DNA of 64,000 nt from a virus. Below, piece by piece: positions 47,801 to 58,225 of this stretch. Below the pieces are notes generated by a model. It saw only the letters and a program-made list of their open reading frames with translations, did no database searches and was not told the origin of the DNA. A program made the position numbers and the translations under genes. Location: the IMG/VR virus record IMGVR_UViG_3300009408_000001, positions 32,001 to 96,000 of that record; one strand, given 5' to 3'. Position 1 is the first letter of the stretch, and each line of letters starts with the position of its first letter.

Positions 47801-50800
47801 CCTTAGCCTTATTGACCACTCTACCACCAACATCCATAGCTTTATTGACCACTGCATCCTTAGCTCGGTTGGTATATTCACCAGCCTTCCCGGCGGCCCA
47901 TCCTACTGCGCCCCCTACGCTAGGGATGCTACCCAACGTGTTGGCACGTCGTAAGTTGCGTCGGTTTTGTTCATCTTCCTCCTGTTCTTGATCTTGCCAT
48001 GAACCATCCCGGTCACCGTCGCCATCTGCATCATTCGCGTTGGGACCAGCCGTACTCGCTTCTTGCATCTTAACAAGGTCACTCAACAGTTCAGTCTGAG
48101 TGGACATGTCTTCGCGTTCGTCTTCACCTAACTCTTGGTTCTGTTCGATGAGTGACGTTAACTCGCCAATGGTTCCAAGTAACAGGGCGTTTTCCGGACC
48201 ACTGGATACGCCTGGATTAGAACCCGGTCCATCAGTACCAGTCGTAGTAGGAGTCCCCTGCATCTCTTTCAGATTACTCAGGAGGTTCTCCCTGGACTCC
48301 AGTAACTCTACCTCAGAACTGGGGGTGTTGCGTATGAGTTCCTCTAACTCGGCAATAGATGCTCGCAGTTCTGGAGTGTGTGGCTGTGCGGTAGCTGGTT
48401 CTGGGTTAAGTAAGCGATATTCCTCTTCCGTTAAACCAGCATCGTTTGCACCGGAGGTGCCACTGACGTTGATAGATGTAAGTCCGGATAACCTATTCCT
48501 AATGCGGTCCATACGACTTCCACCGGAGAAGTCAGCATTTGGAACAAATGTTCGACCTGCCACGTCCTCTGTTCCAGGTGTAATAATCTCCGGTCCCACA
48601 TTATCTGAAGGAGTAGGAGGAGTATCCACCTGTTCTTCCACAGCTGCAAGTTCAAGTGCGACGATGTCTTCTTCTGTCAACCCAGCCGCATTAGCACTGG
48701 CGGTGTCAAATGAAGTGGCGTCCCTTAACCTACGGCGCAACCGTTCTAACCGGGTAGTAGTGTAATCAGAGTTCGGTTGGAATACCCGTGGTTCATCGAG
48801 TGGTGGTTCCGAAACCTCTTCTATTCCTGGGCTGGTGGAATCCGAAGTGGGTACATCCAATAGTGCCTCCATACCCGGAAACGGTGTGTTAGCTGCCGCT
48901 TCTGCTTCTGCTAGAGCAACACGAAGTTCCTCAGGCATACCGGTTACCGTTTCTGGTGGAGTTGGACCTTCTTCCATCGCCTGCGCTATCAGAAGATCGT
49001 TCCTTTCGGAAACACTGAGTTCCGACGTACCCACTTCCTGGACCATGGTGTCCGGGCTCGGTGGGTTAACGATTCCCTCTTGGGTGGCAGATACCACTAC
49101 AGGTACTTCCGCCCCAGTGGATCCCTCCCTCATCAGCTCTTCCATCTTAGCATCGTTGATCTGAGCTAAGGTAAGCGGAGTATCTGGGGAGTTGGGAGTA
49201 ATTCCCTCCATGAGATCGGATACCGCTTCTGAATCGGCCCGCTGTGGAACACGGGATGGACCGATGACAGGTGCATCGGTACCAGTACTGTTTCCATCCA
49301 TCAGCTCTTCCATCTTAGCATCGTTGATCTGAGCTAAGGTAAGCGGAGTATCTGGCAGTATTTCTGTTGGCGGTTTTCTTTTCTTGGGGATCGTCAATTC
49401 CAAGGCTTCCATCGCCCCAGAATAATCTTCCGCCTTCCATAGGGCAATTGCCTTCTTAAATACGTCGTCCTTAAGATCGACAGTATCATCCCATGTGAGA
49501 GGGGAACTCCCCTTATCAATGCGCATCCTCAGTTGAACCAAGAGTTCACTCTTCAAAGTGGGGTCCACAAGCTCTGATTCTTCCGTAGTGGTTCCCGGTA
49601 GTTGTACCTCCTCGACAGTATCATCGGGTTCCAACGGGTTGTGTTCCTGTAGTGGAACTGGAGCTAACGTACGACCTGGGGTTTCGTCAACCGGTGACTC
49701 TCCCATGAGTCTGGTGATTTCCAAGTCGTTAACCTGTACGGGTGTCATCTCCACCTTAGAGGACACTTCCTGTTTTTCACCCGGTTGAACTAAGGACACG
49801 GGTACCCGATCGGCACTATTCAAACTCGCTGCCATGAGCGATAACATGTCATCATCATGCCTTTGTGCGAGTTCACGAGGAGTCCCCGGTGACTCCTCTT
49901 CCCCACGGTCTGCTGGTGGGGTTTCTACACTAACGGTATCCTTCCCATCTACAACACGGTCCACTTCAGAATGGACCTGGGTTATAGTTGGTACGGAAGG
50001 GATCCCCGTTGGTGCTTCTTCCATCATAGCGGCGATCTTAGCATCGTTGATCTGAGATAAGGTAAGCGGAGCATCTGGTGCCGCACCTTCCACCTGTACT
50101 ACAGTGGGTTTCACAGGGATGTGTTCCACTGGGACAGGTGTTTCTTCCGTGGTGACCGATGGAGATGCAACCACAGTCGGTTGGGAAACCGGTGCAGGTG
50201 GAGCCTCTTCAGGTTCATCTTCCATCATAGCGGCGATCTTAGCATCGTTGATCTGAGATAAGGTAAGTGTCGTCCCAGGTGTGATGTCGTCCTGTGCGAG
50301 TACTGTGGTCGGTTTAACACTGTCTGTTGTCAGGGTGGTTGGACTAGGTGCGATTGAAAGCGCATCCTTCACTGTTTCCGGTACCACAGGGGCAACGGGG
50401 GTAGTCGGGATAACCACTGGAGAACTACCCGGCAATGGAGCAGGAGTTGCAGGTGCTGGAGTAACCGCCTGTTTTACGCCTTCTGGTTTTGACTCCGTTC
50501 CGGTTAACATTTCCATTGCCAGTGAAACATTCCCTTCCTTGAGTGCAATGGATGCCAGTTCTACAGTGTCACTTACATCGGCGGTGGCTGTCTTAACCAC
50601 CTTACCAATACTGCTGTCTGCAACCTTACCTTTGAGCTCCTTGGCTTTCTTAACCACGGTGCTTTCCGAAATGGTCTTTCCAGCAGTCTCCAGGGCAGAA
50701 CCTACCTCAGAACCCACTTTACTTTCCTTAGCAGACTTAGCAGCGTACTCTGCTGCTTCCTTCATGAACTCTTTAGCAAGCGCATGATCTCCCTCGGCCA

Positions 50801-53800
50801 TGGCTTCCCTAGCCATCTCCAGTGAAGCTGCGGTGTTTTCCTTAACATCCTGTATCCGAATGTAAGTATCTGAGGCCATAATGGTTTCGAGTGTCTCTTC
50901 CTTGAGTTTCTTTGTGTGGGTCACAATGTCCTTAACCGTTTCGGATTCCATGAGTTCTTCTGCTTTAGAGGCTGCGGTCTTAGCCACCTCCTTCGCTTTC
51001 TGACCCAGTGCTGAATCGGACACATCCGCAGCCAAGTCCGATGCCACGTCCACTGCTGAACCCACTGCCTTACCAACCGCAGAGTTACCAACCGCTTTAC
51101 CCACGTCAGATTCGGCTATTTCCTGGCCAACTAACTTAGCCCCATCTGACAAGATGGTACCCACTTCAGCGTAGTTCCCTTTACGAGCCGAGTCGATTGC
51201 CCACTCTGCACTGGTTCCCGCTACTTTCGCAATGTTCGTCGCACGTTTAACCGCGTCAGAGTTTGCGACATCATCCAGTACTTCTGTGGCGTTGGCGACA
51301 ACCGTACTGTGCTTTATGTCTTCCTTAAGTTGCGTCGCTTTCTTTGCGGTGGCCTTGTACGCATCCGTACTCTTAACCGTCTTCTCTACTTGTGCGTACA
51401 CCTTAGCCAGTTCAGACTTGGTCACCTCATCGGTAGCATCCGCCATACCCTGTTTAAGGATAGTCAGTGCTTCTTCCTTGTTACCCTTCTTATACGCCTC
51501 GTAACCCCACTCTAAACTGGTCTTACCAATCTCCGAGATGTTCTTAACACGGGTTACGAAATCAGAACTGGTAATGGTATCAGAAAGGTCTGTCGCTGCG
51601 GTTTTGACTTTCTTAACCGCTTTACTTTCCGATACCTCGGTTGCAAGCTTACCAGTAGCCTTGTACGCTTTGGTCTTGGCTACCTTAGTTTTAACATCCT
51701 TTAAGACACGGGCCAGTTCAGACTTGGTCACATCATCTCTAGCATCCTCCATACCCCGTTTAAGGATCTCGAGTGCTTCATCGGTATTCCCTTTCTTGTA
51801 TGCCTCGTAACCCCACTCTAAACTGGTCCTACCAGTCTCAGAGATGTTCTTAACACGGGTTACGAAATCAGAACTGGTAATGGTACTTACCGTGTCTTTT
51901 GCCATCTGCTTTGCCGACTGTGCTACCTTGCTGTCGGCTACAGCGGTGGCAGTAGAGGATGCGGACTTATACGCCTTACTTGACTTGATGTCCTTTTCCA
52001 GTTCCTTAACTGCTTTAGCGAGTTCAGACTTGGTAACCTGATCAGACGCATCAGACATACCACGTTTAAGGATAGTCAATGCTTCTTCTTTGTTACCAGC
52101 TTCCATTGCCTCATATGCCCAGCCTACCGTAGTCATCCCGATCTCAGATAGGTTAGATACCCTGGTCATCGCGTCTTTCAACGTGGTGCTTTCTACAACA
52201 CTGTCTTTCAAGGTAGTTGCTTTCTCTACTAAGGAGTTAGCAATCTTACTTTCCGTGACGGTGTTCTTCGCAGAATTAAAGAGAGACCCGAGTTTATCAA
52301 TCGCGTTCTCTTTAGGCGCACCCGGTGTAGCAGGGATTACCATTACAGCTGGAGCAGGTGGTGCATCGGGGTCTACCGGCATTGGTTTCCCTTCTGCATC
52401 CAACTGAGGTGCCGCAGGGGCGGCCATTGTCATACCCGCAGGTAAGGTTAAACTCACCGTCGGAGCACTCGTAGAGAACTCCATGATCCGTGTAAGGATC
52501 TTTTTAAGCACTCCAGTCTGTTCATCGATGTGCGGAACAGCGTCGGCTGACATGTAACCGGTACCCACAGAGTCCTTCGACTTCAGCCCCCGGAGTCCTG
52601 CGGCCCCAGCCCCCCTTGTTGCTGAGAAAATACCACGGTTCAGTTTCACAGTGGTTTTGGCCAGCCCCTTGGCAATCGTACTTCCCATGGAAAAGGCCTT
52701 ACCGATCGCTTTCCCGGAGTACCCGGTTAATGCGCGTAGTAATCCACCAGAACCCAACGTTACACCGTTCTTATCAACCAGTCCTTGTTTGATATCGTCA
52801 ACCGTTAAAACGATGTTCTCACCTTCATAGACGTCGCCGTTTATGTCAGTGATTGCTTTTATAGGGCGACCGTCTTTGTCAGTGTACCTACCTGCCAACA
52901 TAAGACGCGACAATAGCCGAGGTGTGCTTTCACCATCAACATACACGTCACGCCGTTTCAGAGATCGACTGGCCGTGTTAAGCAGCCACTTACCAGCACC
53001 ATACGCGCCTTTAATGATTGCTGTCTGTACGCCAAAGACACCACTGACTGCACGGGTAACCGGAGAGAGAAGATCAGAGATAGACTTTCCTCCCTTCTCT
53101 ACCAAACCAGTTTCGATATCGTCTGCTGTTAGGATCACGTTTCCAGTTGCGTTTACAACCGGACCCTTGATGTCCTTAAGTGACTTAATCGGATCACCTG
53201 ACTCTTCATCGAAGTACTTACCCGATTTCATGCCGCGTGCGGTTAAGACCGGTTCAGAATCACCCTTAATGTAAATGTCATCAGTGAAGTAACTGGTAAC
53301 GCCACGGGTTACGGTTTTAACACCCCCTCCGAGGACACTGGCTGCTGCTCCTGCAACTTTACCCATTCCTTTGTAGTAACTACCGAGTAACCCCGTTAAT
53401 GTCCCTACGCCGGATTTCATGGTTCCAAAAACACCAGACGCTAAAGCACCTAATTTAACGCCTCCGCTACCACCTCCAGAAACAACACCTTCCGCAATGG
53501 ACTGAAGGAGTAGGTGTGTGGTTCGTGAGTTGCCATCGATGGATTCCACCACCGAACGGAACCCCGGATCCAAGTCGGAGTATCCTTCGAAAATATCCGC
53601 TGTACTGAAACCACTCGACAGGTGTTCCTTGGCTTTCTCTAAGGCAGTTAACTCTTCCGCTGACTTAGGTGACTCGTCTTCGACTTCCCTAGGTATGGGT
53701 GCTGTTTCAAGTAATGCAGCGGCCCGCTCCAATAGGTCTGAGGTATTGGTTAGTGACGCTGTGGTTGATTCTACCACAACCGCCTCGGTTTCCTCCACTG

Positions 53801-56525
53801 CACTCGGAGTATCCCCGTACTGTAACGCTATCTCTCTGTCATTTCTTTCAGCGGGGGATAACCCTCGTCTGATTCTACCCCATACTCCTTCTCCCTGTTC
53901 AGGTGTTGGTGGAACTGGATCCCCGGATGGAGAAGGGGGTTGAGATGACTCGCTCGCATCACCAGATGGAGAAGTTGGGGTTGGGGTTGGTGGTACCTCT
54001 GCTGGAGTTGGAGTTGGTGACGAAGGATTGGGTTCAGACCTACCGGATAACCAGTTGTCTATTCTACCGAATAGACCGGGTGGAGGTGGGGGTTCCACGT
54101 CGTCCGCATCTGATTCAGAACGGTGTGCATCTGGATCCTCTTCTGTTTCTTCGGCACGTCTCGCACCACCGAAGAAACCAAACAACCGACTGACTACACT
54201 TGTGTCTTCCTCGACTGCGGCTTCTGGTGGAGGTTGTGGAAGTATACGACCATCGTCCTCAATGTGAGCGTACCCTTCCGGACGTGGACCACGGAATCTA
54301 GCACGGTCACGGATATCCCGTTCACCTGCAATGGCACCCATGTGATTCGAAGCGTCTGTCCCTTCTGCGATGTTGGAACCCAGTCTCATGTCGTTCCATG
54401 CTTCGGCGGATATTGCAGAAGACCCGTCCTCCTTATAGGTCAGAAGGCCAAGTCGTTCGAGTGCTTCCCTTTGTCCGTTGTAATGCAGCGATGATGTAAC
54501 CTTATCTGCATCCAGGCTACGGGCCCGCATCCGTTTAAACTTCTTCTGGATCTCCTGCATGTGGCGTCCGTCACGATCGGCGTTAACCGCGTTTAACTTA
54601 CCACTGATCTCCTCACCAATCTCGGCACCGTACTTCTTGGTATAGAAGTCTTCATCGGAAAAGTCACTCACCGCAAACCCAGTACGTTTATCACGGACCA
54701 ACATCATCCGTTCTGCCAGTGCTTCGCGGGCTTCATCAGACAACGTACGGTCTTTATCAAGTTCGTCTACGGCATCGTAGGCTGCACGTTTCTTATGGAC
54801 AACGTCTTCATCAGATACCATCTTCTGCGCGAGAAGGTTGTCATTCTCCTCGGTGGTGATAAATGCTTCTTTCTGAGTAGAATAGACGATTCGATCACCC
54901 GACTCCCCGGCGATCTTAGCAACGGTTTGCAAGATACGGGAGAGGTACCCTGGAATGATCTCGTTGATACTGCGATGGGTTATCGTGTCGAATGACGTAG
55001 CGGTGGATAGGTTGTCTTCCAACTTACCTCCCATTGATAGGTCATCGGAATACGACGGGGCAACTTCCTTAAGGAACTCACCAGCCGCGTTTACCATCTT
55101 TCCAAATGCACCGGGTGTAGAAACTTCCACATCGTCATCATCACCGGGATTGGATGCCAGGTCGCGGGCTTTAGCTCGGGCAGATACTCCGTCGGTTACG
55201 CGTTTGCCAACCCGGGTATCCCCCATTCCAAATGCGTCTACGAACCAGGATATTGCTTTGTCCTTTTTCTTTCCGACATTGGAAGCCATGTTATTTGCAC
55301 CGGCCACCAAGTCCTGGTAGCCCTGCATTTCGGTAACGTCGCCACCCTCTTCTACAAAGGCTTGAAGTGCCGCTGCTTTGTTACCACTGTGGTATCGCAA
55401 CAGGTCATTTAACCTCCCGACGGATTTATTCTTAGCAAAGAACGAACCGAGTTTACGGGCGGCTCTCTCACCGAGTTTACCAGACGCGTATTCTACGGCT
55501 GCACCACCTGCCATTTGACCTGCGCTTGGTCCTCCATCATCATCCCCACTCATTTGTTCAGCCATGTCTGCCGCGCCCTCTATCCCGGAGGATAAAGTTT
55601 CGGCAAAGTCCATGACAACATCTTTAACATTGTTTTTCAGTTCGGAGGTGTACTTAGATGTAAACCGACCAATGCCTTCACTCATATTACCCAACATGCC
55701 ATCTTGCATAATCTCGCCAAGTCGCTCAGTGGCCTTATACTTAACGGTATCAGGTAATCCTGTGTTGTGCTGTATGTTCTGAAGGTGACTAATGTTGGTT
55801 TCGAAGAAGGGCTTTGACACCCCGAGTAAATCCCGCAGTGTGAAGTAAGTGCGATGTTGTAACTCTAATGACTTTCTTTGGTAGTTAACAAGGATGCTAT
55901 CCTGGTACCCTACCAACCTACCAATAGAAACCGCGATCTCTTTATCAACCGCGATTGTCTGGGTATGTCTCAGGTCAGAAGAGTGCTCGGAGGCCTCATC
56001 CCGTTTAACGGTATAATCATCCCTGACGGCATCAACCTCCCTTTCCTGAGTAAAGATCTCAGAAAGGGATGCTTGGATTGCGGATTCATCTGGGTCAACG
56101 TAATCTCTGGAGTAAGAGGTATCTTCTGCAAAGTCCTTTATCCTAGAGGCGATGCCTTCTGGTAGGATCTTCTCGATTACAGACTCTGTACTCCGTAGTG
56201 CGGACTTCATCGAGTCAACAGCGGGCTCTAAAGCCTTTTCGGCGGAATCGTATATCTCCTCGCCTGCTGAAGCGATTTCATCTATGTCATCTAGAGCACC
56301 AGCGTATCCTTTAGGGAGTACGTTTTCTCTGATGGCTCGTCCTGCTGCTTGTGCGGAAGAGGCAGACAAGGCTGTCTCTAATGCACCAGCCTTAACTTGT
56401 CCGGCAATGCTTCGGTCTGATTCGGCGGGGCCATCCGAAAGCCCCTCCATATCTGGGCCATCGCCAAAGTCATCGTCCATGTCGCTCATAAACTCATCTG
56501 GATCAAAATCTAGGTCGTCAGACAT
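44853..56525 (-). CDS. tail tape-measure/cell-puncturing protein (phiKZ gp181-like) with M23 peptidase domain
   Basis: 3890 aa; divergent from vRNAP beta' as in phiKZ; M23 motifs HKGID, YAHM, HLHFE. Confidence 0.88.
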   Translation of the reverse strand: MSDDLDFDPDEFMSDMDDDFGDGPDMEGLSDGPAESDRSIAGQVKAGALETALSASSAQAAGRAIRENVLPKGYAGALDDIDEIASAGEEIYDSAEKALEPAVDSMKSALRSTESVIEKILPEGIASRIKDFAEDTSYSRDYVDPDESAIQASLSEIFTQEREVDAVRDDYTVKRDEASEHSSDLRHTQTIAVDKEIAVSIGRLVGYQDSILVNYQRKSLELQHRTYFTLRDLLGVSKPFFETNISHLQNIQHNTGLPDTVKYKATERLGEIMQDGMLGNMSEGIGRFTSKYTSELKNNVKDVVMDFAETLSSGIEGAADMAEQMSGDDDGGPSAGQMAGGAAVEYASGKLGERAARKLGSFFAKNKSVGRLNDLLRYHSGNKAAALQAFVEEGGDVTEMQGYQDLVAGANNMASNVGKKKDKAISWFVDAFGMGDTRVGKRVTDGVSARAKARDLASNPGDDDDVEVSTPGAFGKMVNAAGEFLKEVAPSYSDDLSMGGKLEDNLSTATSFDTITHRSINEIIPGYLSRILQTVAKIAGESGDRIVYSTQKEAFITTEENDNLLAQKMVSDEDVVHKKRAAYDAVDELDKDRTLSDEAREALAERMMLVRDKRTGFAVSDFSDEDFYTKKYGAEIGEEISGKLNAVNADRDGRHMQEIQKKFKRMRARSLDADKVTSSLHYNGQREALERLGLLTYKEDGSSAISAEAWNDMRLGSNIAEGTDASNHMGAIAGERDIRDRARFRGPRPEGYAHIEDDGRILPQPPPEAAVEEDTSVVSRLFGFFGGARRAEETEEDPDAHRSESDADDVEPPPPPGLFGRIDNWLSGRSEPNPSSPTPTPAEVPPTPTPTSPSGDASESSQPPSPSGDPVPPTPEQGEGVWGRIRRGLSPAERNDREIALQYGDTPSAVEETEAVVVESTTASLTNTSDLLERAAALLETAPIPREVEDESPKSAEELTALEKAKEHLSSGFSTADIFEGYSDLDPGFRSVVESIDGNSRTTHLLLQSIAEGVVSGGGSGGVKLGALASGVFGTMKSGVGTLTGLLGSYYKGMGKVAGAAASVLGGGVKTVTRGVTSYFTDDIYIKGDSEPVLTARGMKSGKYFDEESGDPIKSLKDIKGPVVNATGNVILTADDIETGLVEKGGKSISDLLSPVTRAVSGVFGVQTAIIKGAYGAGKWLLNTASRSLKRRDVYVDGESTPRLLSRLMLAGRYTDKDGRPIKAITDINGDVYEGENIVLTVDDIKQGLVDKNGVTLGSGGLLRALTGYSGKAIGKAFSMGSTIAKGLAKTTVKLNRGIFSATRGAGAAGLRGLKSKDSVGTGYMSADAVPHIDEQTGVLKKILTRIMEFSTSAPTVSLTLPAGMTMAAPAAPQLDAEGKPMPVDPDAPPAPAVMVIPATPGAPKENAIDKLGSLFNSAKNTVTESKIANSLVEKATTLKDSVVESTTLKDAMTRVSNLSEIGMTTVGWAYEAMEAGNKEEALTILKRGMSDASDQVTKSELAKAVKELEKDIKSSKAYKSASSTATAVADSKVAQSAKQMAKDTVSTITSSDFVTRVKNISETGRTSLEWGYEAYKKGNTDEALEILKRGMEDARDDVTKSELARVLKDVKTKVAKTKAYKATGKLATEVSESKAVKKVKTAATDLSDTITSSDFVTRVKNISEIGKTSLEWGYEAYKKGNKEEALTILKQGMADATDEVTKSELAKVYAQVEKTVKSTDAYKATAKKATQLKEDIKHSTVVANATEVLDDVANSDAVKRATNIAKVAGTSAEWAIDSARKGNYAEVGTILSDGAKLVGQEIAESDVGKAVGNSAVGKAVGSAVDVASDLAADVSDSALGQKAKEVAKTAASKAEELMESETVKDIVTHTKKLKEETLETIMASDTYIRIQDVKENTAASLEMAREAMAEGDHALAKEFMKEAAEYAAKSAKESKVGSEVGSALETAGKTISESTVVKKAKELKGKVADSSIGKVVKTATADVSDTVELASIALKEGNVSLAMEMLTGTESKPEGVKQAVTPAPATPAPLPGSSPVVIPTTPVAPVVPETVKDALSIAPSPTTLTTDSVKPTTVLAQDDITPGTTLTLSQINDAKIAAMMEDEPEEAPPAPVSQPTVVASPSVTTEETPVPVEHIPVKPTVVQVEGAAPDAPLTLSQINDAKIAAMMEEAPTGIPSVPTITQVHSEVDRVVDGKDTVSVETPPADRGEEESPGTPRELAQRHDDDMLSLMAASLNSADRVPVSLVQPGEKQEVSSKVEMTPVQVNDLEITRLMGESPVDETPGRTLAPVPLQEHNPLEPDDTVEEVQLPGTTTEESELVDPTLKSELLVQLRMRIDKGSSPLTWDDTVDLKDDVFKKAIALWKAEDYSGAMEALELTIPKKRKPPTEILPDTPLTLAQINDAKMEELMDGNSTGTDAPVIGPSRVPQRADSEAVSDLMEGITPNSPDTPLTLAQINDAKMEELMREGSTGAEVPVVVSATQEGIVNPPSPDTMVQEVGTSELSVSERNDLLIAQAMEEGPTPPETVTGMPEELRVALAEAEAAANTPFPGMEALLDVPTSDSTSPGIEEVSEPPLDEPRVFQPNSDYTTTRLERLRRRLRDATSFDTASANAAGLTEEDIVALELAAVEEQVDTPPTPSDNVGPEIITPGTEDVAGRTFVPNADFSGGSRMDRIRNRLSGLTSINVSGTSGANDAGLTEEEYRLLNPEPATAQPHTPELRASIAELEELIRNTPSSEVELLESRENLLSNLKEMQGTPTTTGTDGPGSNPGVSSGPENALLLGTIGELTSLIEQNQELGEDEREDMSTQTELLSDLVKMQEASTAGPNANDADGDGDRDGSWQDQEQEEDEQNRRNLRRANTLGSIPSVGGAVGWAAGKAGEYTNRAKDAVVNKAMDVGGRVVNKAKDVVIDTAKAVGGKVMQTVARVAATVAATSVATSVATTAATAAAALGVGTLMLGLGVLAVVGVAAWGAYKLTKHLTYGSDVQPVEGLRFLQYGVSLKDEDFIYAIRALEDQVRSEIDLDKNGSPTLNEEPAYFYEEHHEAFNRLLDDRAHGREWNTWFRKRFIPVFYTHIQAAYRLDDGVDILDIDDEMDDKDQAMFINRVQITEKDIKRGFNPYAVLATPFNGKPVYSMRDIVLDYTRRMLETLMSDSELDDFDFVPGLPGEDKNKSRNDKKRTDAEEKARKENERDPNPPTEKKGKKKAIGLVAGALVGASVIYGGGDDLGRKSKMMIPAEGRISSPYGWRKHPIGGERSFHKGIDIAAPKGTPVVAAMDGRVMRSHYSPSYGNVVYLRHADGTSTRYAHMNSRARGLHIGDTVLQGQLLGTVGNTGLSDGNHLHFEWRKNLKQWGPTTDPVSGFRSVDKTAAVNEIKTAEEIAKGSKVEGQSDGLEGVDTLAAKQSPPSAKLQKLTDSASPASDKGSSPTAPVPEKVVAKRHVVTKDEIETMSEGKTPVEIGVMQRKYTMVSAMLSDLGRPGITMQEVMDMKPEAVSALVAEKKALGNTMMANKYGTAPTMPGVTPVQPTTRVTPSVTRPTSLRHQVTAAEIEKATEGLSQLEIGVMQRKYTMVSNTLADLGKPGMSMMQVASMSATEVGALMEEKKSMGNTMMANKYGSSVTPPPTEKPRTSTLPYDRSKDLERNLNVEGSRLERALTAVNSIRKRSGKHPLTMRQFSKLSAREAMTFISDDQPTPPATRNELASEEHDAMVARVNAKQLPPEERVTVKEPVSKPPEGITVASKLQTMRDEQDAKEMAYRASRRQESVKFTPVPVTRRRPEAEVSLTPRKRLSASDGLALRHMDLASRTRDDTVGAMKQQIALSIAAEEQRNTMINNQERMIEKLETIASKDTTIVVKGDSSGNSNDSIKKALPNTDTTVFKSVVDFKS
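45671..46145 (-). repeat. two-copy 309-bp-period repeat in the tape measure gene
   Basis: EIGVMQRKYTMVS...GNTMMANKYG twice; DNA anchors at 45671/45980 and 45805/46114. Confidence 0.85.
46484..46815 (-). other. peptidase M23 (peptidoglycan endopeptidase) domain within the tape measure protein
   Basis: HxxxD (HKGID) and HxH (HLHF) zinc ligands are intact. Confidence 0.92.
49147..50270 (-). repeat. four near-identical LTL(S/A)QINDAK(I/M)..M motifs in the tape measure gene
   Basis: TTAGCATCGTTGATCTGAG recurs near 49147, 49316, 50038, 50238. Confidence 0.85.
51400..52160 (-). repeat. three-copy 306-bp-period (102 aa) repeat in the tape measure gene
   Basis: TTCAGACTTGGT at 51411, 51717, 52023; RV.N.SE.G.T...W.YEA...GN..EAL.ILK.GM.DA.D.VTKSELA. 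Confidence 0.88.
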
Positions 56526-56572
56526 GACAATACTCCTTATATGTTCAAAATATTTGCTAAGAAGGGCCTACT

Positions 56573-58207
56573 ATGAAACAGAAAAAACTCCCGTTTAACA
56601 TTTCCATCCTAACCCCAGACCGTAATAGGATTCGGGGTCTTCTTCCTGTACAGGTGTTGGACATGTACGATAACGTGTCCGGAGAATTCCACCCACAGGG
56701 ACTTTACTCTAATGAAATCTTTGGTCGACCTGGTACACCGGAACGAAGTGAACGCCATGGATTCATGAACTTACGTACTACGTTGTTCCATCCTAAGTTG
56801 TACATCGAGTTAACCCGGTTGAAGTCTCTGTACGGGGATATCTTATCCGGGCGTGGCTTTGCGGTATGGGATAAGAAACTAAGGGACTTTGTTAAGTCAG
56901 ACGTGATCAACGGTGAAACGGGGTATGCTTTCTTCATGGAGCACTTCACCGAGATCAAGTTCGTTCGAAACAAATCGCACCAACGTGACCTCCGGGTTGA
57001 CTTAATCGAAAAATTCAGAGCAGATGCGCTATCGGATTATTGGATCATATTACCTGCTGGATTACGGGATGTCCAGTTGGATGAGGAAGGTCGGCCCATC
57101 GAAGTAGACGTTAATAAGTCTTATCGTAAGCTACTGATGTTAGCCAACACGATCTCAGAGGCGTTTGTGGGCAAGTCTATCCCTATCCTAGATAGAACAC
57201 GACACAGTATGCAGATGACACTACAGGACATCTGGGAATACTTCATGCTCCTGTTCTCTGGTAAGAACGGGTTTATGGAAGCTAAGTTCGGGAGTCGTAA
57301 GATCGCAAACGGTACGACCAATGTGATCTCCTCTATGGACGTGGCTCCTGAATCACTGGATGGTCCGTCTGCGAAAGATGCCAGTGCCAGTACGGTTGGC
57401 TTGTTTCAGTATATGAAAATGACGGATGTTATCATGACTGAGTACGCGATGGTTAAGGGAATCGCAAGTTCATTAATTGAAACGGTTAACGCCACCAGCA
57501 AGTTAATTAATCCTAAGACCCTAAAGTTAGAAAGCCATGACACAACCGAGGTAACCCGTGTGAACTGGGGAACGCTCACGGGTAGACAAGGGTTGGTTAA
57601 CCGGTTTAATGACTCTAGGCACCGCCACAGACCGGTTTGGATTGACGGCAAGTACCTAGCCCTGATTTACAGAGACAACCGTTTCTTCAAAGTACTTTAC
57701 GACATTGATGACCTGCCAGAGTACATGGATAGGTCGAAGGTGTCTCCCTTAACCTGGGCAGAGTACTTTTACATCGAAGCCTGGTCATACAACGACCGTG
57801 TCCGGGGTTTCCTTAACAGGTACCCCATTACAGGAAGCGATAGCATCTACCCGTCTACCATTTATGTTAACACCACCGTGGTCACAAACCGCTTACGGGC
57901 GTTAGACGAATCGTGGGTTCCCGAATATGGAGAAGACTCGGAACTTCCAGAGTTTCCCGATACCGCTGGCGCGAGTGCCTTCATTGATACGTCATCTCCA
58001 CATCCGTTAAAACTGTCTGGCCTGGGTGCGGATTTTGATGGAGATCGGGGTAGCACAACAGGTGTTGCCTCCGATGAGTCAATCGCGGAAATAGACGAAC
58101 ATCTGAACAGTCCAGCCACGTACCTTGCACCAGACGGTACATTACGTATGTCATCTGGTACGGATCTGAATGTTTGGATCTTTAACAACTTTACTGGTTA
58201 CCAGTAA
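56573..58207 (+). CDS. virion RNA polymerase beta' subunit N-terminal part (phiKZ gp180-like)
   Basis: HPQGLYSNEIFG, LPAGLRD, LNRYP, catalytic GADFDGD. Confidence 0.93.
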   Translation: MKQKKLPFNISILTPDRNRIRGLLPVQVLDMYDNVSGEFHPQGLYSNEIFGRPGTPERSERHGFMNLRTTLFHPKLYIELTRLKSLYGDILSGRGFAVWDKKLRDFVKSDVINGETGYAFFMEHFTEIKFVRNKSHQRDLRVDLIEKFRADALSDYWIILPAGLRDVQLDEEGRPIEVDVNKSYRKLLMLANTISEAFVGKSIPILDRTRHSMQMTLQDIWEYFMLLFSGKNGFMEAKFGSRKIANGTTNVISSMDVAPESLDGPSAKDASASTVGLFQYMKMTDVIMTEYAMVKGIASSLIETVNATSKLINPKTLKLESHDTTEVTRVNWGTLTGRQGLVNRFNDSRHRHRPVWIDGKYLALIYRDNRFFKVLYDIDDLPEYMDRSKVSPLTWAEYFYIEAWSYNDRVRGFLNRYPITGSDSIYPSTIYVNTTVVTNRLRALDESWVPEYGEDSELPEFPDTAGASAFIDTSSPHPLKLSGLGADFDGDRGSTTGVASDESIAEIDEHLNSPATYLAPDGTLRMSSGTDLNVWIFNNFTGYQ

Positions 58208-58225
58208 CTCAAGAGGATAGCCCCT

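Noticed and set aside
44890-56598. Numerous plus-strand ORFs inside the tape measure gene
   Set aside because: Antisense shadows without RBS or coding features
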